Assembly (NCBI GenBank): GCA_963920595.1
Contig: OY986946.1
Span: 6,076,001 to 6,140,000, forward strand
Direction: 5' to 3'
Origin: Eimeria praecox
Lineage: Eukaryota
Length of the DNA: 64,000 nt
Positions within the stretch are counted from its first letter, which is position 1; each line of letters begins with the position of its first letter. Of this stretch, positions 36,329 to 50,033 are shown in pieces. The notes below the pieces were generated by a model, which searched no databases, had not been told where the DNA came from, and worked only from the letters and a program-made list of their open reading frames with translations. Position numbers and translations under genes: made by a program.

Positions 36329-38659
36329 TTTCGAGCTCTGAGGACCGGAATACCTGTCTTTACCTGTCTGATCCCAAACCACTGAGGGGAAGAGAACAAA
36401 TTAATCTGTTGACCATCGTCACAGCCACACAAACGGGTAGCGTTGATCAACGGTCTTGGTGCCGTGAGGGAGGTGGTACGGAGGCAACGAGACGGCGACG
36501 TTCCTGCAACGCCAGTGTGCGCTGCGAAGATAGGAGGAGCCCACACATCCCGCAAAGTCGTGTAGCCTTCCGCTTTGTCTATGGTGTGTATGCATTAAAT
36601 GCCCTGGTGCCATCACAACATACAAATCTCGCCGAGTGAAGTACTGGAAGAATTCAGCGTGATTTATTAGGGCGGCAGCCTTGCCTTGTGCTGAGGCAGC
36701 GCACACAGCAAATGAGTGGTGTCTCACCTGCATGCTACTGCACCCCGCAGAATTTGTGCTATATCGTCGTGCTGTGGAAAGTGGGCATGTTGGTATATGA
36801 ACAAACCGACGGCTGTGTGGAGTGTGATGTATGTGGTGGCTCACTCAGAGTTCAGGCGAAGGGCGTCTATGCAGTCATAGCCTTAATTCGTTGGAAACAA
36901 AGGGCCTAGGCAACACTTAGAGTTTTCGTACGCTTGCATACTCTGCAATTCGACGCACAAATTTAGGCGTCCTCAATGAGCGCAAACGAGCATCTGCAAC
37001 GTACCTTATACAATGTGATGCAGTGACGTCCTGGTGTATCCTTTTCACGAGAGCATCTGCATAAGACATCTACAGGCTTGACATACCTATATCATAAGTG
37101 CCAACGAACAGGAAGCAATAGGTTTGCTCGTTCTTTGCTTGCGGTGTAGGCTGTGAGAATACAGGTGCGTGCTGTAATCCTTGTCGGGTATGTACCATGA
37201 TCTGGTCGTTGCAGTTTCAGCAGGACGTTGAGCTGTCCACTCAGAGGGACCAGCCTGCGTTGCAGGCTCGTACCTGCTAGATTTACTCAGGCAGCCCCGA
37301 AACCTATAAATTGACGACGACTGTCTCTTGCTGTAACTGCCACTACCGTATGCATGCTTGGTCACTAGGACAAACCAATCCTACACAATGCAGAACCATT
37401 TGTGCACACTTTGCAATCCAGTCATCCACGACGCACCACGACGCATGCTGAATATTAAAGACACAGAAAGGTAGTATGATGTACTAACCGTGACTGAGAA
37501 AGCTCGACAGCGCAGCACATTGAAGCTAAACAGACACTTCCAGGCACATTGATACAATGCCATGGCAGCACATTCACGCCTCCCAATTCAACACTTCCAA
37601 TAATGGGTCGCAGCCGCGACGCAACACTGGACAGGGGAGAAGCGAAAAACACACGCTGACTGAGCCCAGCGTTGGCACCGAGCTACAGATTGTTGGTTCC
37701 AGAAGGATGAAGTCCTCAAACAGATGCACATTAACCCCCGTTTGGCCACAAAATCCATGAATACCGCAGCCAGTACGCAGCCGATGCTTTCATGCTCCCT
37801 TGCGGCTGCAACATGCCGTCTCCAAGAACGTGAAAGCTAAGAATATGGCGCGGCCTAAAGTACAGGGTGAGGTGGCGATATTCGCAAGTCACCGGACAAG
37901 GCATCCATCGATTCACAACTATGCAGCAGGTACTGAGGGGGCTTCAATGAATGCTAGCGCAGCGTTTCTAGCAGCACCGGTGCGTTCCAGAGCCCTGCCA
38001 GTAGTCTGCAAGGATGCTGGAGCCAGCATTCCTGCTGAGAGACTGCATACCCATGCAGACACAATGCAAACTTGCTGCAGCGGCAAGAGGCACTGACACT
38101 GCAAGACCCTTCACGCGTGCACCTGCTAGAATGTTGTGGGTTGCAAGCATTGGCGAAGGGGAGCACGTTCGAGGTACTGCAACGTCGATTAGCCCGTTGC
38201 TATTGCTTGGTCCCTTCGCAAAGGCCAGAAAGAACGTCTTGTACGGTAGGTGCAGCAAAGAGAGGCGTTGAAATTGAGCAGGATGTGCACCATCCAATGC
38301 AGCAGTATTGGTGGAGGTAGAGGAGTCTGCCGGTGCCTGTTTTAAAGCATTGACATGCATTTGGTTTCCTAAGCAATGTGAAACTAGCTCCTGCCAGTTG
38401 CCAACTGCCGCTTGCCTGTGGATAAACTCTTCTGTCGAGCGAGTCAAGGAGGAGGCACTCATACTGCACACACGAAACTACCTCGGGTTTGTATAGGCTA
38501 AGTTAAATTTCCATACGTCTGCACCGATGGCTGTGACTGGCGTACACTGAGAGATGTCCAACGCAAGATCAACAAGATCAAAAACTTAGTAACACAGGGA
38601 CCTGTTTGTTCAAAGCCTGCCCCTTGGGCACGTTATGCCGTTTTGGCAATTTGAGTGAG

Positions 38660-39787
38660 TTACCAGGCGTTTGCGGGGTAGTCATGCTCATAGTGTGCAT
38701 GCGGGTAGTGAGGGTATTCGTGGTGGTGGTGAGGAGGAACGGAGGGTGCGCAGGTAGTGGTTGTGGTGGGAGGGGGAACAGGGACGGGGATGAAGACGGG
38801 AGGAGGAGGGGGGGGACGGTGGTGATGGTTGTGGTGGTGGTGGTGGTGGCTAGGAGGCTTGGGATGGGTCACTGGTGCGCAGGTAGTGGTTGTGGTGGGA
38901 GGGGGAACAGGGACGGGGATGAAGACGGGAGGAGGAGGGGGACGGTGGTGGTGGTGGTTGTGGTGGTGGTGGTGGTGGCTAGGAGGCTTGGGATGGGTCA
39001 CTGGTGCGCAGGTAGTGGTTGTGGTGGGAGGGGGAACAGGGATGGGGATGAAGACGGGAGGAGGAGGAGGGGGGCGGTGGTGGTGGTGGTTGTGGTGGTG
39101 GTGGTGGTGGCTAGGAGGCTTGGGATGGGTCACTGGTGCGCAGGTAGTGGTTGTGGTGGGAGGGGGAACAGGGACGGGGATGAAGACGGGAGGAGGAGGA
39201 GGAGGGCGGTGGTGGTGGTGGTTGTGGTGGTGATGGTGGTGGCTAGGAGGCTTGGGATGGGTCACTGGTGCGCAGGTAGTGGTTGTGGTGGGAGGGGGAA
39301 CAGGGACGGGGATGAAGACGGGAGGAGGAGGAGGGGGACGGTGGTGATGGTGGTTGTGGTGGTGATGGTGGTGGCTAGGAGGCTTGGGATGGGTCACTGG
39401 TGCGCAGGTAGTGGTTGTGGTGGGAGGGGGAACAGGGATAGGGATGAAGACCGGAGGGGGAGGAGGATGGTGATGATGATGATGTGGATGGTGGTGATGG
39501 GGATGGTCGTGATGATGTTGGTGATGATGGTCATGGGGATAGGGGTAGTGGAAGTGAGGTTCCGCAGCCTGAGAAGATTGAACGAACTGGTTGAACAGCT
39601 TGTCCAGGAAGTACACACGGGGAGAGGTTTCTTCGGCTTCCTCAGCGGTCACAGGGGATTCTTCGTTCTCAACGGGTGCCTCTGGCTCCATGGCAGGAGC
39701 AGGCAATTCGGCGACAGTGACATCCTCAGCCAGTGCATAGGGGAGGACAGCGGCAAGCGCAGTAGCGAGAGTAACGAAGGCCTTCAT
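38660..39787 (-). CDS. Type-B His/Pro-rich protein, copy 3 (5 repeats, 375 aa)
   Basis: Intact ORF, ends YPANAW. Confidence 0.9.
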   Translation of the reverse strand: MKAFVTLATALAAVLPYALAEDVTVAELPAPAMEPEAPVENEESPVTAEEAEETSPRVYFLDKLFNQFVQSSQAAEPHFHYPYPHDHHHQHHHDHPHHHHPHHHHHHPPPPPVFIPIPVPPPTTTTTCAPVTHPKPPSHHHHHHNHHHHRPPPPPPVFIPVPVPPPTTTTTCAPVTHPKPPSHHHHHHNHHHHRPPPPPPVFIPVPVPPPTTTTTCAPVTHPKPPSHHHHHHNHHHHRPPPPPPVFIPIPVPPPTTTTTCAPVTHPKPPSHHHHHHNHHHHRPPPPPVFIPVPVPPPTTTTTCAPVTHPKPPSHHHHHHNHHHRPPPPPPVFIPVPVPPPTTTTTCAPSVPPHHHHEYPHYPHAHYEHDYPANAW

Positions 39788-42118
39788 TTTCGAGCTCTGA
39801 GGACCGGAATACCTGTCTTTACCTGTCTGATCCCAAACCACTGAGGGGAAGAGAACAAATTAATCTGTTGACCATCGTCACAGCCACACAAACGGGTAGC
39901 GTTGATCAACGGTCTTGTTGCCGTGAGGGAGGCGGTAGGCAGGCAACGAGACGGCGACGTTCCTGCAACGCCAGTGTGCGCTGCGAAGATAGGAGGAGCC
40001 CACACATCCCGCAAAGTCGTGTAGCCTTCCGCTTTGTCTATGGTGTGTATGCATTAAATGCTCTGGTGCCACCACAACATACAAATCTCGCCGAGTGCAA
40101 TACTGGGAGAATTCAGCGTGATTTATTAGGGCGGCAGCCTTGCCTTGTGCTGAGCCAGCGCACACAGCAAATGAGTGGTGTCTCAGCTGCATGCTACTGC
40201 ACCCCGCAGAATTTGTGCTATATGGTCGTGCTGTGGAAAGTGGGCATGTTGGTATATGAACAAACCGACGGCTGTGTGGAGTGTGATGTCTGTGGTGGCT
40301 CACTCAGAGTTCAGGCGAAGGGCGTCTATGCAGTCATAGCCTTAATTCGTTGGAAACAAAGAGCCTAGGCAACACTTAGAGTTTTCGTACGCTTGCATAC
40401 TCTGCAGTTCGACGCACAAATTTAGGCGTCCTCAATGAGCGCAAACGAGCATCTGCAACGTACCTTATACAATGTGATGCAGTGACGTCCTGGTGTATCC
40501 TTTTCACGAGAGCATCTGCATAAGACATCTACAGGCTTGACACACCTATATCATAAGTGCCAACGAACAGGAAGCAATAGGTTTGCTCGTTCTTTGCTTG
40601 CGGTGTAGGCTGTGAGAATACAGGTGCGTGCTGTAATCCTTGTCGGGTATGTACCATGATCTGGCCGTTGCAGTTACAGCAGGACGTCGAGCTGTCCACT
40701 CAGAGGGACCAGCCTGCGTTGCAGGCTCTTACCTGCTAGATTTACTCAGGCAGCCCCCAAACCTATAAATTGACGACGACTGTCTCTTGCTGTGACTGAC
40801 ACTACCGTATGCATGCTTGGTCACTAGGACAAACCAATCCTACACAATGCAGAACCATTTGTGCACACTTTGCAATCCAGTCATCCACGACGCACCACGA
40901 CGCATGCTGAATATTAAAGACGCAGAAAGGTAGTATGATGTACTAACCGTGACTGAGAAAGCTCGACAGCGCAGCACATTGAAGCTAAACAGACACTTCC
41001 AGGCACATTGATGCAATGCCATGGCAGCACATTCACGCCTCCCAATTCAACACTTCCAATAATGGGTCGCAGCCGCGACGCAACACTGGACAGGGGAGAA
41101 ACGAAAAACACACGCTGACTGAGCCCAGCGTTGGCACCGAGCTACAGATTGTTGGTTCCAGAAGGATGAAGTCCTCAAACAGATGCACATTAACCCCCGT
41201 TTGGCCACAAAATCCATGAATACCGCAGCCAGTACGCAGCCGATGCTTTCATGCTCCCTTGCGGCTGCAACATGCCGTCTCCAAGAACGTGAAAGCTAAG
41301 AATATGGCGCGGCCTAAAGTACAGGGTGAGGTGGCGATATTCGCAAGTCACCGGACAAGGCATCCATCGATTCACAACTATGCAGCAGGTACTGAGGGGG
41401 CTTCAATGAATGCTAGCGCAGCGTTTCTAGCAGCACCGGTGCGTTCCAGAGCCCTGCCAGTAGTCTGCAAGGATGCTGGAGCCAGCATTCCTGCTGAGAG
41501 ACTGCATACCCATGCAGACACAATGCAAACTTGCTGCAGCGGCAAGAGGCACTGACACTGCAAGACCCTTCACGCGTGCACCTGCTAGAATGTTGTGGGT
41601 TGCAAGCATTGGCGAAGGGGAGCACGTTCGAGGTACTGCAACGTCGATTAGCCCGTTGCTACTGCTTGGTCCCTTCGCAAAGGCCAGAAAGAACGTCTTG
41701 TACGGTAGGTGCAGCAAAGAGAGGCGTTGGAATTGAGCAGGATGTGCACCATCCAATGCAGCAATATTGGTGGAGGTAGAGGAGTCTGCCGGTGCCTGTT
41801 TTAAAGCATTGACATGCATTTGGTTTCCTAAGCAATGTGAAACTAGCTCCTGCCAGTTGCCAACTGCCGCTTGCCTGTGGATAAACTCTTCTGTCGAGCG
41901 CGTTAAGGAGGAGGCACTCATACTGCACACACGAAACTACCTCGGGTTTGTATAGGCTAAGTTAAATTTCCACACGTCTGCACCGATGGCTGTGACTGGC
42001 GTACACTGAGAGATGTCCAACGCAAGATCAACAAGATCAAAAACTTAGTAACACAGGGACCTGTTTGTTCAAAGCCTGCCCCTTGGGCACGTTATGCCGT
42101 TTTGGCAATTTGAGTGAG

Positions 42119-43243
42119 TTACCAGGCGTGAGCGGGGTAGTCATGCTCATAGTGTGCATGTGGGTAGTGAGGGTATTCGTGGTGGTGGTGAGGAGGAACG
42201 GAGGGTGCGCAGGTAGTGGTTGTGGTGGGAGGGGGAACAGGGACGGGGATGAAGACGGGAGGAGGAGGGGGGGGACGGTGGTGATGGTTGTGGTGGTGGT
42301 GGTGGTGGCTAGGAGGTTTGGGATGGGTCACTGGTGCGCAGGTAGTGGTTGTGGTGGGAGGGGGAACAGGGACGGGGATGAAGACGGGAGGAGGAGGAGG
42401 GCGGTGGTGGTGGTGGTTGTGATGGTGGTGGTGGTGGCTAGGAGGCTTGGGATGGGTCACTGGTGCGCAGGTAGTGGTTGTGGTGGGAGGGGGAACAGGG
42501 ATGGGGATGACGACGGGAGGAGGAGGGGGGCGGTGGTGGTGGTGGTTGTGGTGGTGGTGGTGGTGGCTAGGAGGCTTGGGGTGGGTCACTGGTGCGCAGG
42601 TAGTGGTTGTGGTGGGAGGGGGAACAGGGACGGGGATGAAGACGGGAGGAGGAGGAGGGGGGCGGTGGTGGTGGTGGTTGTGGTGGTGATGGTGGTGGCT
42701 AGGAGGCTTGGGATGGGTCACTGGTGCGCAGGTAGTGGTTGTGGTGGGAGGGGGAACAGGGACGGGGATGAAGACGGGAGGAGGAGGAGGGGGACGGTGG
42801 TGATGGTGGTTGTGGTGGTGATGGTGGTGGCTAGGAGGCTTGGGATGGGTCACTGGTGCGCAGGTAGTGGTTGTGGTGGGAGGGGGAACAGGGATAGGGA
42901 TGAAGACGGGAGGGGGAGGAGGATGGTGATGATGATGATGTGGATGGTGGTGATGGGGATGGTCGTGATGATGTTGGTGATGATGGTCATGGGGATAGGG
43001 GTAGTGGAAGTGAGGTTCCGCAGCCTGAGAAGATTGAACGAACTGGTTGAACAGCTTGTCCAGGAAGTACACACGGGGAGAGGTTTCTTCGGCTTCCTCA
43101 GCGGTCACAGGGGATTCTTCGTTCTCAACGGGTGCCTCTGGCTCCATGGCAGGAGCAGGCAATTCGGCGACAGTGACATCCTCAGCCAGTGCATAGGGGA
43201 GGACAGCGGCAAGCGCAGTAGCGAGAGTAACGAAGGCCTTCAT
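42119..43243 (-). CDS. Type-B His/Pro-rich protein, copy 4 (5 repeats, 374 aa)
   Basis: Intact ORF. Confidence 0.9.
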   Translation of the reverse strand: MKAFVTLATALAAVLPYALAEDVTVAELPAPAMEPEAPVENEESPVTAEEAEETSPRVYFLDKLFNQFVQSSQAAEPHFHYPYPHDHHHQHHHDHPHHHHPHHHHHHPPPPPVFIPIPVPPPTTTTTCAPVTHPKPPSHHHHHHNHHHHRPPPPPPVFIPVPVPPPTTTTTCAPVTHPKPPSHHHHHHNHHHHRPPPPPPVFIPVPVPPPTTTTTCAPVTHPKPPSHHHHHHNHHHHRPPPPPVVIPIPVPPPTTTTTCAPVTHPKPPSHHHHHHNHHHHRPPPPPVFIPVPVPPPTTTTTCAPVTHPKPPSHHHHHHNHHHRPPPPPPVFIPVPVPPPTTTTTCAPSVPPHHHHEYPHYPHAHYEHDYPAHAW

Positions 43244-45574
43244 TTTCGAGCTCTGAGGACCGGAATACCTGTCTTTACCTGTCTGATCCCAAACCACTGA
43301 GGGGAAGAGAACAAATTAATCTGTTGACCATCGTCACAGCCACACAAACGGGTAGCGTTGATCAACGGTCTTGTTGCCGTGAGGGAGGTGGTACGGAGGG
43401 AACGGAACGACGACTTCCCTACAACGCCAGTGTGCGCTGCGAAGATAGGAGGAGCCCACATATCCCGCAAAGTCGTGTAGCCTTCCGCTTTGTCTATGGT
43501 GTGTATGCATTAAATGCTCTGGTGCCATCACAACATACAAATCTCGCCGAGTGCAATACTGGAAGAATTCAGCGTGATTTATTAGGGCGGCAGCCTTGCC
43601 TTGTGCTGAGGCAGCGCACACAGCAAATGAGTGGTGTCTCAGCTGCATGCTACTGCACCCCGCAGAATTTGTGCTATATCGTCGTGCTGTGGAAAGTGGG
43701 CATGTTGGTATATGAACAAACCGACGGCTGTGTGGAGTGTGATGTCTGTGGTGGCTCACTCAGAGTTCAGGCGAAGGGCGCCTATGCAGTCATAGCCTTA
43801 ATTCGTTGGAAACAAAGAGCCTAGGCAACACTTAGAGTTTTCGTACGCTTGCATACTCTGCAATTCGACGCACAAATTTAGGCGTCCTCAATGAGCGCAA
43901 ACGAGCATCTGCAACGTACCTTATACAATGTGATGCAGTGACGTCCTGGTGTATCCTTTTCACGAGAGCATCTGCATAAGACATCTACACGCTTGACATA
44001 CCTATATCATAAGTGCCAACGAACAGGAAGCAATAGGTTTGCTCGTTCTTTGCTTGCGGTGTAGGCTGTGAGAATACAGGTGCGAGCTGTAATCCTTGTC
44101 GGGTATGTACCATGATCTGGTCGTTGCAGTTTCAGCAGGACGTTGAGCTGTCCACTCAGAGGGACCAGCCTGCGTTGCAGGCTCGTACCTGCTAGATTTA
44201 CTCAGGCAGCCCCAAAACCTATAAATTGACGACGACTGTCTCTTGCTGTGACTGACACTACCGTATGCATGCTTGGTCACTAGGACAAACCAATCCTACA
44301 CAATGCGGAACCACTTGTGCACACTTTGCAATCCAGTCATCCACGACGCACCACGACGCATGCTGAATATTAAAGACACAGAAAGGTAGTATGATGTACT
44401 AACCGTGACTGAGAAAGCTCGACAGCGCAGCGCATTGAAGCTAAACAGACACTTCTAGGCACATTGATGCAATGCCATGGCAGCACATTCACGCCTCCCA
44501 ATTCAACACTTCCAATAATGGGTCGCAGCCGCGACGCAACACTGGACAGGGGAGAAACGAAAAACACACGCTGACTGAGCCCAGCGTTGGCACCGAGCTA
44601 CAGATTGTTGATTCCAGAAGGATGAAGTCCTCAAACAGATGCACATTAACCCCCGTTTGGCCACAAAATCCATGAATACCGCAGCCAGTACGCAGCCGAT
44701 GCTTTCATGCTCCCTTGCGGCTGCAACATGCCGTCTCCAAGAACGTGAAAGCTAAGAATATGGCGCGGCCTAAAGTACAGGGTGAGGTGGCGATATTCGC
44801 AAGTCACCGGACAAGGCATCCATCGATTCACAACTACCCAGCAGGTACTTAGGGGGCTTCAATGAATGCTAGCGCAGCTTTTCTAGCAGCACCGGTGCGT
44901 TCCAGAGCCCCGCCAGTAGTCTGCAAGGATGCTGGAGCCAGCATTCCTGCTGAGAGACTGCAGACCCATGCAGACACAATGCAAGCTTGCTGCAGCGGCA
45001 AGAGGCACCGACACTGCAAGACCCTTCACGCGTGCACCTGCTAGAATGTTGTGGGTTGCAAGCATTGGCGAAGGGGAGCACGTTCGAGGTACTGCAACGT
45101 CGATTAGCCCGTTGCTACTGCTTGGTCCCTTCGCAAAGGCCAGAAAGAACGTCTTGTACGGTAGGTGCAGCAAAGAGAGGCGTTGGAATTGAGCAGGATG
45201 TGCACCATCCAATGCAGCAGTATTGGTGGAGGTAGAGGAGTCTGCCGGTGCCTGTTTTAAAGCATTGACATGCATTTGGTTTCCTAAGCAATGCGAAACT
45301 AGCTCCTGCCAGTTGCCAACTGCCGCTTGCCTGTGGATAAACTCTTCTGTCGAGCGAGTCAAGGAGGAGGCACTCATACTGCACACACGAAACTACCTCG
45401 GGTTTGTATAGGCTAAGTTAAATTTCCATACGTCTGCACCGATGGCTGTGACTGGCGTACACTGAGAGATGTCCAACGCAAGATCAACAAGATCAAAAAC
45501 TTAGTAACACAGGGACCTGTTTGTTCAAAGCCTGCCCCTTGGGCACGTTATGCCGTTTTGGCAATTTGAGTGAG

Positions 45575-46702
45575 TTACCAGGCGTGTGCGGGGTAGTCAT
45601 GCTCATAGTGTGCATGTGGGTAGTGAGGGTATTCGTGGTGGTGGTGAGGAGGAACGGAGGGTGCGCAGGTAGTGGTTGTGGTGGGAGGGGGAACAGGGAC
45701 GGGGATGAAGACGGGAGGAGGAGGAGGGGGACGGTGGTGGTTGTGGTGGTGATGGTGGTGGTGGTGGCTAGGAGGTTTGGGATGGGTCACTGGTGCGCAG
45801 GTAGTGGTTGTGGTGGGAGGGGGAACAGGGACGGGGATGAAGACGGGAGGAGGAGGGGGGCGGTGGTGGTGGTGGTTGTGATGGTGGTGGTGGTGGCTAG
45901 GAGGCTTGGGATGGGTCACTGGTGCGCAGGTAGTGGTTGTGGTGGGAGGGGGAACAGGGACGGGGATGAAGACGGGAGGAGGAGGGGGGCGGTGGTGGTG
46001 GTGGTTGTGGTGGTGGTGGTGGTGACTAGGAGGCTTGGGGTGGGTCACTGGTGCGCAGGTAGTGGTTGTGGTGGGAGGGGGAACAGGGACGGGGATGAAG
46101 ACGGGAGGAGGAGGAGGGGGACGGTGGTGGTGGTGGTTGTGGTGGTGATGGTGGTGGCTAGGAGGCTTGGGATGGGTCACTGGTGCGCAGGTAGTGGTTG
46201 TGGTGGGAGGGGGAACAGGGACGGGGATGAAGACGGGAGGAGGAGGAGGGGGACGGTGGTGATGGTGGTTGTGGTGGTGATGGTGGTGGCTAGGAGGCTT
46301 GGGATGGGTCACTGGTGCGCAGGTAGTGGTTGTGGTGGGAGGGGGAACAGGGATGGGGATGAAGACGGGAGGGGGAGGAGGATGGTGATGATGATGATGT
46401 GGATGGTGGTGATGGGGATGGTCGTGATGATGTTGGTGATGATGGTCATGGGGATAGGGGTAGTGGAAGTGAGGTTCCGCAGCCTGAGAAGATTGAACGA
46501 ACTGGTTGAACAGCTTGTCCAGGAAGTACACACGGGGAGAGGTTTCTTCGGCTTCCTCAGCGGTCACAGGGGATTCTTCGTTCTCAACGGGTGCCTCTGG
46601 CTCCATGGCAGGAGCAGGCAATTCGGCGACAGTGACATCCTCAGCTAGTGCATAGGGGAGGACAGCGGCAAGCGCAGTAGCGAGAGTAACGAAGGCCTTC
46701 AT
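45575..46702 (-). CDS. Type-B His/Pro-rich protein, copy 5 (5 repeats, 375 aa)
   Basis: Intact ORF. Confidence 0.9.
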   Translation of the reverse strand: MKAFVTLATALAAVLPYALAEDVTVAELPAPAMEPEAPVENEESPVTAEEAEETSPRVYFLDKLFNQFVQSSQAAEPHFHYPYPHDHHHQHHHDHPHHHHPHHHHHHPPPPPVFIPIPVPPPTTTTTCAPVTHPKPPSHHHHHHNHHHHRPPPPPPVFIPVPVPPPTTTTTCAPVTHPKPPSHHHHHHNHHHHRPPPPPPVFIPVPVPPPTTTTTCAPVTHPKPPSHHHHHHNHHHHRPPPPPVFIPVPVPPPTTTTTCAPVTHPKPPSHHHHHHNHHHHRPPPPPVFIPVPVPPPTTTTTCAPVTHPKPPSHHHHHHHHNHHRPPPPPPVFIPVPVPPPTTTTTCAPSVPPHHHHEYPHYPHAHYEHDYPAHAW

Positions 46703-49034
46703 TTTCGAGCTCTGAGGACCGGAATACCTGTCTTTACCTGTCTGATCCCAAACCACTGAGGGGAAGAGAACAAATTAACCTGTTGACCATCGTCACAGCC
46801 ACACAAACGGGTAGCGTTGATCAACGGTCTTGTTGCCGTGAGGGAGGTGGTACGGGGGGAACGGAACGACGACTTTCCCTACAACGCCAGTGTGCGCTGC
46901 GAAGATAGGAGGAGCCCACACATCCCGCAAAGTCGTGTAGCCTTCCGCTTTGTCTATGGTGTGTATGCATTAAATGCTCTGGTGCCATCACAACATACAA
47001 ATCTCGCCGGGTGAAGTACTGGAAGAGTTCAGCGTGATTTATTAGGGCGGCAGCCTTGCCTTGTGCTGAGCCAGCGCACACAGCAAATGAGTGGTGTCTC
47101 AGCTGCATGCTACTGCACCCCGCAGAATTTGTGCTATATCGTCGTGCTGTGGAAAGTGGGCATGTTGGTATATGAACAAACCGACGGCTGTGTGGAGTGT
47201 GATGTATGTGGTGGCTCACTCAGAGTTCAGACCAAGGGCGTCTATGCAGTCATAGCCTTAATTCGTTGGAAACAAAGAGCCTAGGCAACACTTAGAATTT
47301 TCGTACGCTTGCATACTCTGCAGTTCGACGCACAAATTTAGGCGTCCCCAAAGAGCGCAAACGACCATCTGCAACGTACCTTATACAATGTGATGCAGTG
47401 ACGTCCTGGTGTATCCTTTTCACGAGAGCATCTGCATAAGACATCTACAGGCTTGACATACCTATATCATAAGTGCCAACGAACAGGAAGCAATAGGTTT
47501 GCTCGTTCTTTGCTTGCGGTGTAGGCTGTGAGAATACAGGTGCGTGCTGTAATCCTTGTCGGGTATGTACCATGATCTGGTCGTTGCAGTTTCAGCAGGA
47601 CGTTGAGCTGTCCACTCAGAGGGACCAGCCTGCGTTGCAGGCTCGTACCTGCTAGATTTACTCAGGCAGCCCCAAAACCTATAAATTGACGACGACTGTC
47701 TCTTGCTGTAACTGCCACTACCGTATGCATGCTTGGTCACTAGGACAAACCAATCCTACACAATGCAGAACCATTTGTGCACACTTTGCAATCCAGTCAT
47801 CCACGACGCACCACGACGCATGCTGAATATTAAAGACACAGAAAGGTAGTATGATGTACTAACCGTGACTGAGAAAGCTCGACAGCGCAGCACATTGAAG
47901 CTAAACAGACACTTCTAGGCACATTGATGCAATGCCATGGCAGCACATTCACGCCTCCCAATTCAACACTTCCAATAATGGGTCGCAGCCGCGACGCAAC
48001 ACTGGACAGGGGAGAAACGAAAAACACACGCTGACTGAGCCCAGCGTTGGCACCGAGCTACAGATTGTTGGTTCCAGAAGGATGAAGTCCTCAAACAGAT
48101 GCACATTAACCCCCGTTTGGCCACAAAATCCATGAATACCGCAGCCAGTACGCAGCCGATGCTTTCATGCTCCCTTGCGGCTGCAACATGCCGTCTCCAA
48201 GAACGTGAAAGCTAAGAATATGGCGCGGCCTAAAGTACAGGGTGAGGTGGCGATATTCGCAAGTCACCGGACAAGGCATCCATCGATTCGCAACTACTCA
48301 GCAGGTACTGAGGGGGCTTCAATGAATGCTAGCGCAGCTTTTCTAGCAGCACCGGTGCGTTCCAGAGCCCTGCCAGTAGTCTGCAAGGATGCTGGAGCCA
48401 GCATTCCTGCTGAGAGACTGCAGACCCATGCAGACACAATGCAAACTTGCTGCAGCGGCAAGAGGCACTGACACTGCAAGACCCTTCACGCGTGCACCTG
48501 CTAGAATGTTGTGGGTTGCAAGCATTGGCGAAGGGGAGCACGTTCGAGGTACTGCAACGTCGATTAGCCCGTTGCTATTGCTTGGTCCCTTCGCAAAGGC
48601 CAGAAAGAACGTCTTGTACGGTAGGTGCAGCAAAGAGAGGCGTTGAAATTGAGCAGGATGTGCACCATCCAATGCAGCAGTATTGGTGGAGGTAGAGGAG
48701 TCTGCCGGTGCCTGTTTTAAAGCATTGACATGCATTTGGTTTCCTAAGCAATGTGAAACTAGCTCCTGCCAGTTGCCAACTGCCGCTTGCCTGTGGATAA
48801 ACTCTTCTGTCGAGCGAGTCAAGGAGGAGGCACTCATACTGCACACACGAAACTACCTCGGGTTTGTATAGGCTAAGTTAAATTTCCATACGTCTGCACC
48901 GATGGCTGTGACTGGAGTACACTGAGAGATGTCCAACGCAAGATCAACAAGATCAAAAACTTAGTAACACAGGGACCTGTTTGTTCAAAGCCTGCCCCTT
49001 GGGCACGTTATGCCGTTTTGGCAATTTGAGTGAG

Positions 49035-50033
49035 TTACCAGGCGTGTGCGGGGTAGTCATGCTCATAGTGTGCATGTGGGTAGTGAGGGTATTCGTGGTG
49101 GTGGTGAGGAGGAACGGAGGGTGCGCAGGTAGTGGTTGTGGTGGGAGGGGGAACAGGGACGGGGATGAAGACGGGAGGAGGAGGAGGGGGACGGTGGTGG
49201 TTGTGGTGGTGATGGTGGTGGTGGTGGCTAGGAGGCTTGGGATGGGTCACTGGTGCGCAGGTAGTGGTTGTGGTGGGAGGGGGAACAGGGATGGGGATGA
49301 AGACGGGAGGAGGAGGGGGGCGGTGGTGGTGGTGGTTGTGGTGGTGGTGGTGGTGGCTAGGAGGCTTGGGGTGGGTCACTGGTGCGCAGGTAGTGGTTGT
49401 GGTGGGAGGGGGAACAGGGATGGGGATGAAGACGGGAGGAGGAGGAGGGGGACGGTGGTGATGGTGGTTGTGGTGGTGATGGTGGTGGCTAGGAGGCTTG
49501 GGATGGGTCACTGGTGCGCAGGTAGTGGTTGTGGTGGGAGGGGGAACAGGGACGGGGATGAAGACGGGAGGAGGAGGAGGGGGACGGTGGTGATGGTGGT
49601 TGTGGTGGTGATGGTGGTGGCTAGGAGGCTTGGGATGGGTCACTGGTGCGCAGGTAGTGGTTGTGGTGGGAGGGGGAACAGGGATAGGGATGAAGACGGG
49701 AGGGGGAGGAGGATGGTGATGATGATGATGTGGATGGTGGTGATGGGGATGGTCGTGATGATGTTGGTGATGATGGTCATGGGGATAGGGGTAGTGGAAG
49801 TGAGGTTCCGCAGCCTGAGAAGATTGAACGAACTGGTTGAACAGCTTGTCCAGGAAGTACACACGGGGAGAGGTTTCTTCGGCTTCCTCAGCGGTCACAG
49901 GGGATTCTTCGTTCTCAACGGGTGCCTCTGGCTCCATGGCAGGAGCAGGCAATTCGGCGACAGTGACATCCTCAGCCAGTGCATAGGGGAGGACAGCGGC
50001 AAGCGCAGTAGCGAGAGTAACGAAGGCCTTCAT
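49035..50033 (-). CDS. Type-B His/Pro-rich protein, copy 6 (4 repeats, 332 aa)
   Basis: Intact ORF. Confidence 0.9.
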   Translation of the reverse strand: MKAFVTLATALAAVLPYALAEDVTVAELPAPAMEPEAPVENEESPVTAEEAEETSPRVYFLDKLFNQFVQSSQAAEPHFHYPYPHDHHHQHHHDHPHHHHPHHHHHHPPPPPVFIPIPVPPPTTTTTCAPVTHPKPPSHHHHHHNHHHHRPPPPPPVFIPVPVPPPTTTTTCAPVTHPKPPSHHHHHHNHHHHRPPPPPPVFIPIPVPPPTTTTTCAPVTHPKPPSHHHHHHNHHHHRPPPPPVFIPIPVPPPTTTTTCAPVTHPKPPSHHHHHHHHNHHRPPPPPPVFIPVPVPPPTTTTTCAPSVPPHHHHEYPHYPHAHYEHDYPAHAW